From Candidatus Latescibacterota bacterium (GTDB lineage Bacteria; Latescibacterota; UBA2968), in assembly GCA_965204375.1 (NCBI GenBank), contig OZ241986.1:3648001-3712000 (forward strand): DNA of 64,000 bases, written 5' to 3'. The position numbers were made by a program, and so were the translations under genes. Under the pieces are notes generated by a model. The model did not search any database and was not told the origin of the DNA. It saw only the letters and a list, made by a program, of their open reading frames with translations. This document shows positions 8,521 through 17,802 of the stretch, one piece after another; position 1 is the first letter of the stretch; each line of letters starts with the position of its first letter.

Positions 8521-9618
8521 TCAAACCGAATATCTCTCAAGAACATCTCGGTCAATCTCAATCCCCAGCCCGGGACCTTGGGGAACCGCGAGATACCCAT
8601 CCACGGGCAAAACAGGCTCTTTAGACAACGCTGTTCGAAGCCCATTCTCCGTCATATCGCATTCAAAAAAAGAAGGGACTGGATTCATAGAACCGGACGC
8701 ATCTGGCATCGACGCCTGCCAGTGCAGGGTAGCGACAAGACCAACAACTGCCCCCCACATATGCGGCATAACCGGGATATAATTGGCACTGGCCATTGCC
8801 ACAACCTTTCTCGCCTCTGTAAACCCGCCGACAATCGCAATATCCGGCTGCACAATATCCACCGCCCGTCGCTGAATAAACTCCCGAAATGCCCAGCGCC
8901 CCTGCAAACCTTCGCATCCCGCAATCCGCATCCCGAGCGCCCTTTTAATTTCCACATACCCGGCCACATCATCCCTCGAAATCGGTTCTTCATACCAGAA
9001 CAGATCGTACGCTTCCATCCTGCGCCCCACCGCAATCGCCGTACCCACATCATAGGCCAAATTTGCATCCACGCACAAAAGAATATCATCGCCAATCGCC
9101 TTCCGCACAGCAGCCACATTCCTCTCATCATAAGCCTTCCCAAGCCCAACCTTCATCTTCATCGCAGGAAAACCCTGATCCACATATCCTCTGGCTTCAT
9201 CCATCAATGCCTGTGTGTTATCCGGCCTGTCTTTCCTGAACAGCCCGCTGGCATAGCAGGGAATACGGTCTCGAAATGCGCCCCCCAGAAGGCGATAAAT
9301 CGGCACATCAAGCACCTTACCCATAATATCCCACAGCGCAATATCCACGCCGCTGGTCGCGCCCACATTCCTCAGATTCCCCGAATTGTTCAGCGCGTTC
9401 CAGATCACTTCATAATCGAACGGATCCTTCCCGATCACATGCCGCTGAATATCCGACTCACCCAGCGATCCCGCCCCCTGTCCCCATCCCGTAATACCCG
9501 CATCGGTAACAATCTCCAATAGGATAGATGACCGCTCCGTAATCCACGTAAAAGAATTTCCGAACTTCTCGGTCACAGGATAGCGCAAACGGTGATATTT
9601 AACATCCGTAATCTTCAT
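8521..9618 (-). CDS. Mandelate racemase/muconate lactonizing enzyme family (enolase superfamily)
   Basis: SGVDIALWDIMGK, MKMKVG, VDAN, WYEEP, GCE, DIVQPD, PHMW. Confidence 0.9.
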   Translation of the reverse strand: MKITDVKYHRLRYPVTEKFGNSFTWITERSSILLEIVTDAGITGWGQGAGSLGESDIQRHVIGKDPFDYEVIWNALNNSGNLRNVGATSGVDIALWDIMGKVLDVPIYRLLGGAFRDRIPCYASGLFRKDRPDNTQALMDEARGYVDQGFPAMKMKVGLGKAYDERNVAAVRKAIGDDILLCVDANLAYDVGTAIAVGRRMEAYDLFWYEEPISRDDVAGYVEIKRALGMRIAGCEGLQGRWAFREFIQRRAVDIVQPDIAIVGGFTEARKVVAMASANYIPVMPHMWGAVVGLVATLHWQASMPDASGSMNPVPSFFECDMTENGLRTALSKEPVLPVDGYLAVPQGPGLGIEIDRDVLERYSV

Positions 9619-9839
9619 AATTTCTCCCAACGACAATACATCCCAAAAATCTACGTCTGTCCAACATATAAACCTACCCGAAAATACAACCCCATTTTAC
9701 CAAAGTCAACCAGCACTGAACTTTAGAATATCATATTTCCCATCTGGACTTGCTATTCATTCTAACCTTGCCCATATTTGAATAGACAAACTGATCCAGA
9801 AATTTCTGTTGTTCAACCTCTTTACACAGGATTAGTAAA

Positions 9840-10139
9840 ATGGCTTCTTGGCAAATTAAGCAACTCGAAAAAATGAGCGAAACGGATCCCAATTTGATAG
9901 ATGATGTACTCCATCATCTACACCAATCAAACCCTGTACGCCTTGAAAAACTTGTAATAGGTGCTTATCTCGATCATGATATTAACCTCGGCAAAGCAGC
10001 AGAACTTCTCGGTCTGCATCGAGAAGAACTGAGACAACGCTTTCTCAAACAGGGCATTCCACTGAGAGAAGGGAGCCAATCCGTTGATGAATTAAAAGCT
10101 GAAATCGCTGCTGCTGATCAAATGGGGCGTTCGAAGTGA
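9840..10139 (+). CDS. UPF0175-family antitoxin-like protein
   Basis: AYLDHDINLGKAAELLGL...FLKQGIP; overlaps the PIN gene by 4 nt. Confidence 0.75.
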   Translation: MASWQIKQLEKMSETDPNLIDDVLHHLHQSNPVRLEKLVIGAYLDHDINLGKAAELLGLHREELRQRFLKQGIPLREGSQSVDELKAEIAAADQMGRSK

Positions 10140-10609
10140 TCATTATTGACAATACCGTATTGTCTAATTTTGCACGTACAAACCACCTTCAACTATTAGA
10201 ATTATTCTGTCGCAGTCGTGGATTGATCGTTCAGTCAGTCAGAGAAGAGTTTCAACGGGGTATCAATAGAGGCTTATTTTTTGAAACAGACTTATCTTGG
10301 ATGAATCAAATCGATATCACAGATCCCAAAGAAATCTATCTTTCACAACGTTATAGATTGGAGTTGGGCAACGGTGAATCTGACTGCCTGGCTATCGCCG
10401 TATGCCGCAACCATGAACTGCTCACTGATGATCGCAGAGCTCGTCAGATCGGATTTCGAGAACAAATACGTGTTTCGGGAAGTGTTGGTGTTCTTGGTTC
10501 GCTTATCAGACGATCCACAATCTCGTTGCTTGAAGGAAATCAAGTGTTGAAAGAATTTATTAAGGCGGGATATTTCTCGCCCGTTGAAGAACTTGATGAT
10601 TTGATTTGA
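10136..10609 (+). CDS. PIN-domain (DUF3368-like) toxin
   Basis: IIIDNTVLSNF...LGNGESDCLAIA...LLTDDRRAR...GSVGVL. Confidence 0.8.
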   Translation: MIIIDNTVLSNFARTNHLQLLELFCRSRGLIVQSVREEFQRGINRGLFFETDLSWMNQIDITDPKEIYLSQRYRLELGNGESDCLAIAVCRNHELLTDDRRARQIGFREQIRVSGSVGVLGSLIRRSTISLLEGNQVLKEFIKAGYFSPVEELDDLI

Positions 10610-10669
10610 CGAATAAAATTACAGATATACCAATTATCCGACAAAAGATCCATTAGTTTTATCTGGATT

Positions 10670-11341
10670 ATGGAGCATCTATTAATTTCCGGAATGAAAA
10701 TGATAGCCACGATATTTGACATTGATGGAACTCTGGTCGAGAGTTTTGGTTTTGATAGCGCCAGCTACATCTCTGCAATAAGAGAGGTCCTGGGCGGAGT
10801 TTACATCGACGATGATTGGAGCAAATACAAAAACGTAACGGATTCAGGTATGTTGCGACAAATAATGGAAGAGAATAAAATTCAAGAAGATGGACAAATT
10901 GAGGAAATCCGCAAAAAATTCGGTGAATTAATTGAGCAGTATCTTGAAAATGGTGGCGAATGCCGCCCAACGAAAGGGGCGATCTCCCTGATTGACAAAC
11001 TTCTATCTGATCAACACTATAAAATTGGAATTGCCACAGGTGGTTGGAAACATACCGCCAAGATGAAACTCAGGCATGCGGGATTTGACTTGAGAAATAC
11101 GGTTCTATTTTCCAGCGATGATAGCGACGAGCGTGTGGAAATCATGAAGAAATGTCTATCTGCATTGGGAAATGGCTTCCATCGCGTCGTATATGTCGGT
11201 GATGCTGTGTGGGATATCCAGGCGACCAAAAGACTGGGATGGCATTTCATAGGCGTAGGACCACGCTTAAAGGGGAAATGTGAGTGCTGGATTGAAGACT
11301 TTTCAAACTATGACACATTCATGAGAATGCTACACGCTTAA
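10670..11341 (+). CDS. HAD family hydrolase
   Basis: FDIDGTLVES, IATG, VYVGDAVWD. Confidence 0.85.
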   Translation: MEHLLISGMKMIATIFDIDGTLVESFGFDSASYISAIREVLGGVYIDDDWSKYKNVTDSGMLRQIMEENKIQEDGQIEEIRKKFGELIEQYLENGGECRPTKGAISLIDKLLSDQHYKIGIATGGWKHTAKMKLRHAGFDLRNTVLFSSDDSDERVEIMKKCLSALGNGFHRVVYVGDAVWDIQATKRLGWHFIGVGPRLKGKCECWIEDFSNYDTFMRMLHA

Positions 11342-11348
11342 AAACGAG

Positions 11349-12104
11349 ATGACGCTTAAAGAGCTAAAACAAATCGCAGCGTCTATTGGTAAAATTCAAG
11401 GGTGGGATTTCTCCGCCGTAAGAGATGGGCGGGATCCTGTTCCATGGGATTATATGACTCTGGTTCGCAACTACCTCACCTCATCATCTCGCGTCCTTGA
11501 CATAGGGACGGGTGGTGGCGAAAAGTTTCTCACTCTATCACCGACCTTCGGCAGGGGCATTGGTACCGACATCAGCGACGAAATGATTCAAACAGCTCAT
11601 GAAAATCAATCTAAAATGCAGATAAACAACGTCTCATTCAATGTCATGAGTGCTGATGCTCTGCAATTGCCTGACTCGGATTTCGATATTGTTTTGAATC
11701 GACATTCTGTTGTCAATGTAGATGAGATTTTGCGTGTGCTACGCACGGGAGGGTATTTTATCACGCAGGGCGTGGGACATCGCAATACGTCCAATATCCT
11801 GGCAGCATTCGATTGGACAAGCAACAGTTTTGGCAAGAATTGGTGGTCGTCTGCTAAAGAACTCGCCAAAACTTTCCAGCAACGCGGCAATCGCATCATC
11901 GCGCTCATGGAATATGACGTCGCGTATTGGTTCTGTGATGTTGAATCACTTCTCTTGTGGCTACACACGGTCCCGTTGCCCGAAAAATTTGAAATCGAAA
12001 AACACTGGCAATGCGTTAACCAGATTCTTGAAAATTACACCACTCAGCGAGGCATTGAAACCAACGAACACCGCGAGTTGCTTATTGTGCAAAAGAGCGC
12101 TTAA
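11349..12104 (+). CDS. Class I SAM-dependent methyltransferase
   Basis: VLDIGTGGGE, FDIVLNRH, RVLRTGGYFITQ. Confidence 0.85.
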   Translation: MTLKELKQIAASIGKIQGWDFSAVRDGRDPVPWDYMTLVRNYLTSSSRVLDIGTGGGEKFLTLSPTFGRGIGTDISDEMIQTAHENQSKMQINNVSFNVMSADALQLPDSDFDIVLNRHSVVNVDEILRVLRTGGYFITQGVGHRNTSNILAAFDWTSNSFGKNWWSSAKELAKTFQQRGNRIIALMEYDVAYWFCDVESLLLWLHTVPLPEKFEIEKHWQCVNQILENYTTQRGIETNEHRELLIVQKSA

Positions 12105-12125
12105 CAGCTTCCAGAGGAGAACCCA

Positions 12126-13208
12126 ATGGCTGAACCCAAAGGTAAAGCTTTTCAGACCGTGCGAGATACCGCGCCCCAAAATACCTATCGAGGTGCTGTT
12201 GTAGGATGCGGCAGAATGGGCAGCACCATTGACGACGAACACATCGGTATGCCCCATTACCCATGGCCCTGGGCGCATGCGCCTGCAATGATTGAAGCCC
12301 GGGGAATTGATCTCGTTGCCGCCGCTGATGATGACCCCGCCAAACTCGAGGACTTCAAACAGCGCTGGAACGTATCAGCCCTCTACACCGATTACCGGGA
12401 AATGGTCGAAAAAGAACAGATCGACGTAGTTTGTCTAACCACCCGACCCGAACCCCGTGCTGAAATCACAATCGGTCTGGCCGAACTGGGAGTCAAAGCC
12501 ATCTTCGCCACCAAACCAATGTGCCGCACATTGGCCGAAGCCGATGCCATGATCGACGCCTGCGCCAAAAACAACGTCATCCTCTCAATGGCCTGTCATC
12601 TCAACTGGTATAGCTACTACACAAACGCCCGCCAGCTCATTGCCGACGGCATCATTGGACCCTTAAAAACAATGATCTGCCACAGCCCCTCCAGCCTTTC
12701 CAATATACAAAGCCACACCCTGACTCTGCTCCGCCTCTTTGCCGGTGCGCCAGCCCAATGGGTAGTCGGTCTCATCGACACAGACAAACAGGCACGGTCC
12801 AACGCCGACATCCCCGGCTCGGGAATCATCGTCTATGAAAACGGCATCCGCACTATCTTAAACTCCCGCTCCGAAACCATGCCTTTTGCCTGGTCCCTGG
12901 AATTCATCGGCGAAACCGGCCGCATCATCTCCCGCAACGCCCATGCCCAGTTCGAGCTATGGACCCCGCACCCCGAAACCGACGCGCCCACCCAGACACA
13001 CCTCCCGGGACCATGGCATCCCAGAAGCTCAATGGTTGACGCCATCGAAGGCGTCTGTCGCTCTATTGAACAGGGCCGCGAAGACATCTGCCCCGGCGAG
13101 TTTGGCCGCGAAGCCCTTGAAATCGGCATTGCCATAAGAGAATCGCATCGCCGCGGCAACATCCGCATAGACCTGCCCCTTGAAGACCGCAACTTGAGGA
13201 TGGGGTAA
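12126..13208 (+). CDS. Gfo/Idh/MocA family oxidoreductase
   Basis: AVVGCGRMG, YTDYREMVEKEQIDVV, IFATKPM. Confidence 0.85.
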   Translation: MAEPKGKAFQTVRDTAPQNTYRGAVVGCGRMGSTIDDEHIGMPHYPWPWAHAPAMIEARGIDLVAAADDDPAKLEDFKQRWNVSALYTDYREMVEKEQIDVVCLTTRPEPRAEITIGLAELGVKAIFATKPMCRTLAEADAMIDACAKNNVILSMACHLNWYSYYTNARQLIADGIIGPLKTMICHSPSSLSNIQSHTLTLLRLFAGAPAQWVVGLIDTDKQARSNADIPGSGIIVYENGIRTILNSRSETMPFAWSLEFIGETGRIISRNAHAQFELWTPHPETDAPTQTHLPGPWHPRSSMVDAIEGVCRSIEQGREDICPGEFGREALEIGIAIRESHRRGNIRIDLPLEDRNLRMG

Positions 13209-13229
13209 TCGGCCTGATGAGGAAAAATC

Positions 13230-13616
13230 ATGATCGTCGTATATGGTATCAAAGAAAAACTGAATCCCATCAAAGCAAAATTATCCGATGTGATTCACGG
13301 GTGTATGCAATCCGTCCTCGGTATGCCAGAGGACAAGCGAGCGCACCGCTTTGTACCCATGGCCAAAGAGGATTTTTACTATCCCGGCGGTCGCACGGAC
13401 GCATACACCGTCATAGAAATCAACATGATGGCTGGTCGCCAGGTGGAAACCCAAAAAAGCTTGATCAAAACGCTATTCAAAGAAATCGAAAGCCAATTAT
13501 CTATTCCCCCCATGGACATCGAAATCACCATAAAAGAACAAGCACCGCATTGCTGGGGATTTCGGGGCATAACGGGGGATGAAGCCAACGACCTCAAATA
13601 CAAAGTCAACGTGTAA
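13230..13616 (+). CDS. Tautomerase family protein (MSAD/YrdN-like)
   Basis: LSDVIHGCMQSVLGMPEDKRAHRF...IEINMMAGRQVETQK...WGFRG. Confidence 0.8.
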   Translation: MIVVYGIKEKLNPIKAKLSDVIHGCMQSVLGMPEDKRAHRFVPMAKEDFYYPGGRTDAYTVIEINMMAGRQVETQKSLIKTLFKEIESQLSIPPMDIEITIKEQAPHCWGFRGITGDEANDLKYKVNV

Positions 13617-13635
13617 CAACGACCAGGGAGCCTCA

Positions 13636-14754
13636 ATGAATACCATACTGGAAACAGTCGAAACAACCCAAACATCCCCCGAAGGATTCTTCACCCTCGG
13701 AAAACTCGGCGAACGCTGGATTCTGCTCACACCAGAGCGACAGCCCTTCTTCTCAGTCGGACTGAATCACATCGACTCCTCCCCACTGCTATATCCAGAG
13801 AACCTGTCCCGCTGGCAACAAAAATACGACAACAACAGCATCAAATGGATCTGTGAATCCGTATCTCCCGACCTGAAAGCATGGGGATTCAACACCGTCG
13901 GCTGGGTACAGGACGTGACCATCTTAAAATACGCGCACAGCCCGAGCTTCACCCTGGAAGAATATCGCGCGCTATCCATGCCCTACTGCCACCTGTTGCC
14001 CTTCATCGAAACACATCAATGGAACCCATGGCACAAAAATCCCGACATCTTCAGCAAAGACTTCGAGGACTGGTGCGATTATGTTGCCAGATCCGAATGC
14101 GCCCGACTGCGGGATGAACCGAACTTAATCGGCTATTTTTACTCGGACTGTCCAACCTGGGTTCACGTCCGCCCCCCCCACACGGCATGGCGCGGCCCCA
14201 TGTTTGATCCCACGCGACTGGAATCGCAAGCGGGCCGGACGGAACTCTTCAATCTGGCACAGCGATACTACAAAGTCACCCACGACGCCATTCGCCGTTA
14301 TGATCCCCATCACTTAATCCTCGGAGACCGATACGAAGCACTCGCACCACTCCCAATGGAAATTGTACAGGCTGCCGAACCGTACGTTGATGTACTCAGC
14401 TTTCAGGACTTCGGAGACCCGGTCACACACATGCACGAATGGCACGCAGCCACGGGAAAACCGGTTCTATGGGCAGATGGCTCTCGCCCACGTGAAATCA
14501 TCACAGACGACAGCGGAAAATATCTGGATGGGGAATATCATCTCGTGGATGGGGAATGGTATGCCGAAGCCCTGTACGGCCTTCTGGAAAACCCCGGCGC
14601 AATAGGCGCGCATCTTTGCGGCGGTTATCTCCGAAACCGCTTCCGGCGAAAAGGTCTGATCGATGAACGAGAACAACCCGACCACGAAGCCATATCTGAA
14701 ATAAAAAAAGGCAGTCAAGTTGTATCACAATGGCTCGATGATTTGGAATCCTGA
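13636..14754 (+). CDS. Agarase-like glycoside hydrolase (TIM barrel)
   Basis: RWILLTPERQPFFSVGLNH, LKAWGFNTVG, DEPNLIGYF, AIRRYDPHHLILGDRY, YVDVLSFQ. Confidence 0.65.
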   Translation: MNTILETVETTQTSPEGFFTLGKLGERWILLTPERQPFFSVGLNHIDSSPLLYPENLSRWQQKYDNNSIKWICESVSPDLKAWGFNTVGWVQDVTILKYAHSPSFTLEEYRALSMPYCHLLPFIETHQWNPWHKNPDIFSKDFEDWCDYVARSECARLRDEPNLIGYFYSDCPTWVHVRPPHTAWRGPMFDPTRLESQAGRTELFNLAQRYYKVTHDAIRRYDPHHLILGDRYEALAPLPMEIVQAAEPYVDVLSFQDFGDPVTHMHEWHAATGKPVLWADGSRPREIITDDSGKYLDGEYHLVDGEWYAEALYGLLENPGAIGAHLCGGYLRNRFRRKGLIDEREQPDHEAISEIKKGSQVVSQWLDDLES

Positions 14755-14778
14755 ACAGATCCCGCAAGCTGAGAGACC

Positions 14779-15597
14779 ATGCCATTAGACCTCGTGACAC
14801 CGGCTATGACGGATGAAGCACCTGGCCCGGGTAAGCGTGTGCGTCAAACCGCGCCGGAGTATAGAGGGACCGATGTACACCACGCGCTATACCTTCCCAT
14901 AGACTGGCAACCCGGGCGCAAACACCCCGTCATCGTCGAATACACCGGCAACAAATGGGAACCGTGCAAATCAACGGGTAAGGTAGAAGATGCGAACCTG
15001 GGCTATGGGATAAGTGAGGGGCGTGGATTTATCTGGATATCCATGCCATATATAGAAAAAGGAAAAAAAGAAAACGCCGTCACATGGTGGGGCGATAAAC
15101 AAGCAACTATAAACTACTGCAAAACCAATCTCCCACGGATCTGTGAAAAATTTGGAGGCGACCCGCACAACATATTCATCTGCGGCTTCTCGCGCGGAGC
15201 CATCGGCACCAGCTACATCGGCCTTGCAGATGATGAAATTGCAGCCTTTTGGAAAGGCATCTTCACCCACGATCATTTTGACGGCGAAAGAGAATGGGAT
15301 TACCCAGAAAGTAATCGCGCATCCGCCCTCACCCGTCTCGCACGGATAAAAGGCAGGCCCGTACTCATCTGCGGTCTGAACGCCACGCGCGTAAGAGACC
15401 AATTTCTCAAAGCGCACCTCAAGTTGGCGCGCTTCACATTTTTGAACGTGCCAACCGACCAGATATTCAACATACCCGAAGGCAATATCGTCCACCCGCA
15501 TACGGATCTGTGGATGCATAGAGAAAGTGTGTATCGCAAGCACGCCAGAGCCTGGCTTGAAAGTGTCCTAAAAGAAACGCGCTACGCCCAGGGATGA
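14779..15597 (+). CDS. Alpha/beta-hydrolase fold protein
   Basis: YLPIDWQPGRKHPVIVEY; nucleophile elbow ICGFSRGA. Confidence 0.65.
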   Translation: MPLDLVTPAMTDEAPGPGKRVRQTAPEYRGTDVHHALYLPIDWQPGRKHPVIVEYTGNKWEPCKSTGKVEDANLGYGISEGRGFIWISMPYIEKGKKENAVTWWGDKQATINYCKTNLPRICEKFGGDPHNIFICGFSRGAIGTSYIGLADDEIAAFWKGIFTHDHFDGEREWDYPESNRASALTRLARIKGRPVLICGLNATRVRDQFLKAHLKLARFTFLNVPTDQIFNIPEGNIVHPHTDLWMHRESVYRKHARAWLESVLKETRYAQG

Positions 15598-16592
15598 AGC
15601 ACGATCTTTGCGGCCTCACCAGCAGCGAGAAGACCAAAAGCCTCCTGAATTTTGCTCATCGGCATAACGTGGCTGATCAGCTTATCGATAAGAGGCGACT
15701 CGGCAATCACCTGCATTACGCCCTCGTAATCCTGCATATTGTACAGCCAATTTCCCGACACCAGCAACCCTTTGCGAATCAAATCCGGGCTCACCTTAAT
15801 CGGCAAATCCTGGGAACACTCGCCGACAAACGCCACCCGTCCGCGCCGCCGCACCGCATCAATACACAACCGCTCGCCCGACACCGAACCAGAGCAATCC
15901 ACCGCGCAATCAACCCCGCGACCATCTGTCAAATCTCGAATACGCGCAAGCGGATCATCCTGAGGATGCAGCACCACTTCTGCGCCCAACTCGAGACCGA
16001 GCGCAGCGCGCCACGGCGCAGGCTCCACCGCCAGCACCCGCGCCCCGCGGAACCGGCCATTAATGATTCCACCAAGTCCCACCGGCCCCAGCCCTGTAAT
16101 CAGCACCGTATCAAAAGCACCCACGCCAATCGCTTGCATGCCCCCGAAAGAAGCACCGATACCGTCAATCGCCATTGTCGCCTGCTCGTACGTAACCCGT
16201 TCGGGAATCGGCAACAAAAGCCATGAGGGCTTGACCACATAATGGGCAAACGTACCACTGCCCTCGCGGGTACCCGTGAACTCGGCAAAATCGTACGTAT
16301 CCTCACAATAGACATAATCGCCAGCACGGCACAGAGCGCAATTGCCACACGGATACTGCGGCATCACCGTAACCCGGTCACCCACCTTCACCCGCCCCGG
16401 CTGCGCCACCGCCACCACCTCGCCCGCCCCCTCGTGCCCGATCACCTCGCGCCGATCCCCCGCCATCCACGCCTTATATTCAGTACACATCGCCGAAGCA
16501 TGCACCTTCACCACCGCCCAATCTTCTTTCGGCTCTGGCACTGGTGCTGGCACCACATCTGACTGCTCCTTTCCAATGATTCTTGCTTTCAT
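15582..16592 (-). CDS. Zinc-binding alcohol dehydrogenase (MDR) family protein
   Basis: GHEGAGEV, CGNCALCRAGDYVYC, GLGPVG. Confidence 0.9.
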   Translation of the reverse strand: MKARIIGKEQSDVVPAPVPEPKEDWAVVKVHASAMCTEYKAWMAGDRREVIGHEGAGEVVAVAQPGRVKVGDRVTVMPQYPCGNCALCRAGDYVYCEDTYDFAEFTGTREGSGTFAHYVVKPSWLLLPIPERVTYEQATMAIDGIGASFGGMQAIGVGAFDTVLITGLGPVGLGGIINGRFRGARVLAVEPAPWRAALGLELGAEVVLHPQDDPLARIRDLTDGRGVDCAVDCSGSVSGERLCIDAVRRRGRVAFVGECSQDLPIKVSPDLIRKGLLVSGNWLYNMQDYEGVMQVIAESPLIDKLISHVMPMSKIQEAFGLLAAGEAAKIVLHPWA

Positions 16593-16628
16593 ATTGCTAC
16601 CCTTGACTTTGTATGTTGGGCAATCGCG

Positions 16629-16904
16629 TTACGCCATTGCATCTAACATGCGTTCAAATTCATCGAGATTGGACACCTGTATCGCCGCACGAAGCAACTG
16701 CTTCAGGCGTTGCAAATCGTCAATAGTGGCAATGCGGTCAGATAGAGAGTCTGCTTCGTGCAGATCAAATCGAATCTCCAATACTTCGAGGATATCTTCA
16801 AGCGTACTTTTTCTTTGGCCCTGCTCAATGCCTTGCTCAAAACCTTCCTCTCTACCTTCTTGCTTAAAGTATTGAATAAGGGATGATTCGCGGATCAGAT
16901 CCAT
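16629..16904 (-). CDS. Putative intragenic small protein (RpnS-type antitoxin)
   Basis: In-frame internal ATG (MDLIRESS...) preceded by AAGGAGG at 6 nt spacing. Confidence 0.6.
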   Translation of the reverse strand: MDLIRESSLIQYFKQEGREEGFEQGIEQGQRKSTLEDILEVLEIRFDLHEADSLSDRIATIDDLQRLKQLLRAAIQVSNLDEFERMLDAMA

Positions 16905-17543
16905 GAGACCCTCCTTGATAATGATTTCAGAAACAGTTTCAGGCGCGTAAACCAACTCGCTCAAAACCGCCATGCCTGCCAGATAATTGGACTTGCGCGT
17001 CCGTTCTATGCGGCGCGTCTGAGCGGTGTGAATACACTGACGTAACCACGCATCAGATGCCATCCCTTCAGGCGGCTTCATCAACGGCGTGAAGGGAATC
17101 AGGCCAGAATGCCCCGCTTCGAGGATGCGTTGACCTTCGATCTCAATCAGCCTGATCACATTGTATTGAATCACCACGCGATAGCCGCGTAAGGCTTGCT
17201 CGTAGAATCCTGGATCGATCTTTCCCGCATTGGGACGCAGGTAGATGACGTTGGAATAAATCGGCAACCCGTGATGCTCAATGGCCCGTCCGATATAGCC
17301 AGCCATGCGACGCGGCATAGGCGGAGTGGTGCTGTCCGTGGTTTGAAATTCAGTGTGTATGAGTGCTTCTTCATCGCCGATTCGCACGCGGATGAAGCTA
17401 TCGGCCTGTCGTGCTTCAACGGTGTGTTGCTCCGTGTTGATGGTTTCAATGACCTCGATATCGTCTCGTGCAAGGGCGAAGCTGGCGAAGTGGTCGGGAT
17501 AGTGTTGAATCAGGTATTTGGAGATGGTGTCAATGTCTGCCAA
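16629..17543 (-). CDS. Rpn family recombination-promoting nuclease/putative transposase (PD-(D/E)xK); likely TTG start ~17543
   Basis: RQADSFIRV...LIHTEFQT...MPRRMAGY; C-terminal EGREEGFEQGIEQG repeat. Confidence 0.8.
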   Translation of the reverse strand: MADIDTISKYLIQHYPDHFASFALARDDIEVIETINTEQHTVEARQADSFIRVRIGDEEALIHTEFQTTDSTTPPMPRRMAGYIGRAIEHHGLPIYSNVIYLRPNAGKIDPGFYEQALRGYRVVIQYNVIRLIEIEGQRILEAGHSGLIPFTPLMKPPEGMASDAWLRQCIHTAQTRRIERTRKSNYLAGMAVLSELVYAPETVSEIIIKEGLMDLIRESSLIQYFKQEGREEGFEQGIEQGQRKSTLEDILEVLEIRFDLHEADSLSDRIATIDDLQRLKQLLRAAIQVSNLDEFERMLDAMA

Positions 17544-17713
17544 AAGCGATGCCCTGGATCTGAGGGTTGGGGTTTTTGGAACACACGCAACAGTCAGAAT
17601 CCAAAGCAAATATCAGGCCAATGTCACAGCATCGCACGGCAAATTGTATGGATTATCCTGATTATGTTTTCAATATGCTGTATTGTGCCTTTGTTCACAA
17701 CCTGAATTTAAAT

Positions 17714-17743
17714 CCGCAGATGGACGCAGATGGGCACAGATGA
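17714..17743 (+). repeat. 10-bp tandem repeat (CGCAGATGRR x3); reverse-complement copies at 37588-37617 and ~42392-42411
   Basis: ccgcagatgg acgcagatgg gcacagatga; tcatctgcgt ttatctgcgt tcatctgtgg. Confidence 0.6.
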
Positions 17744-17802
17744 AAGGCGAGAGGGTACACTTTGTGCCATGAATGGGCGGTCATGTGAAAGATATGTACG
17801 GC

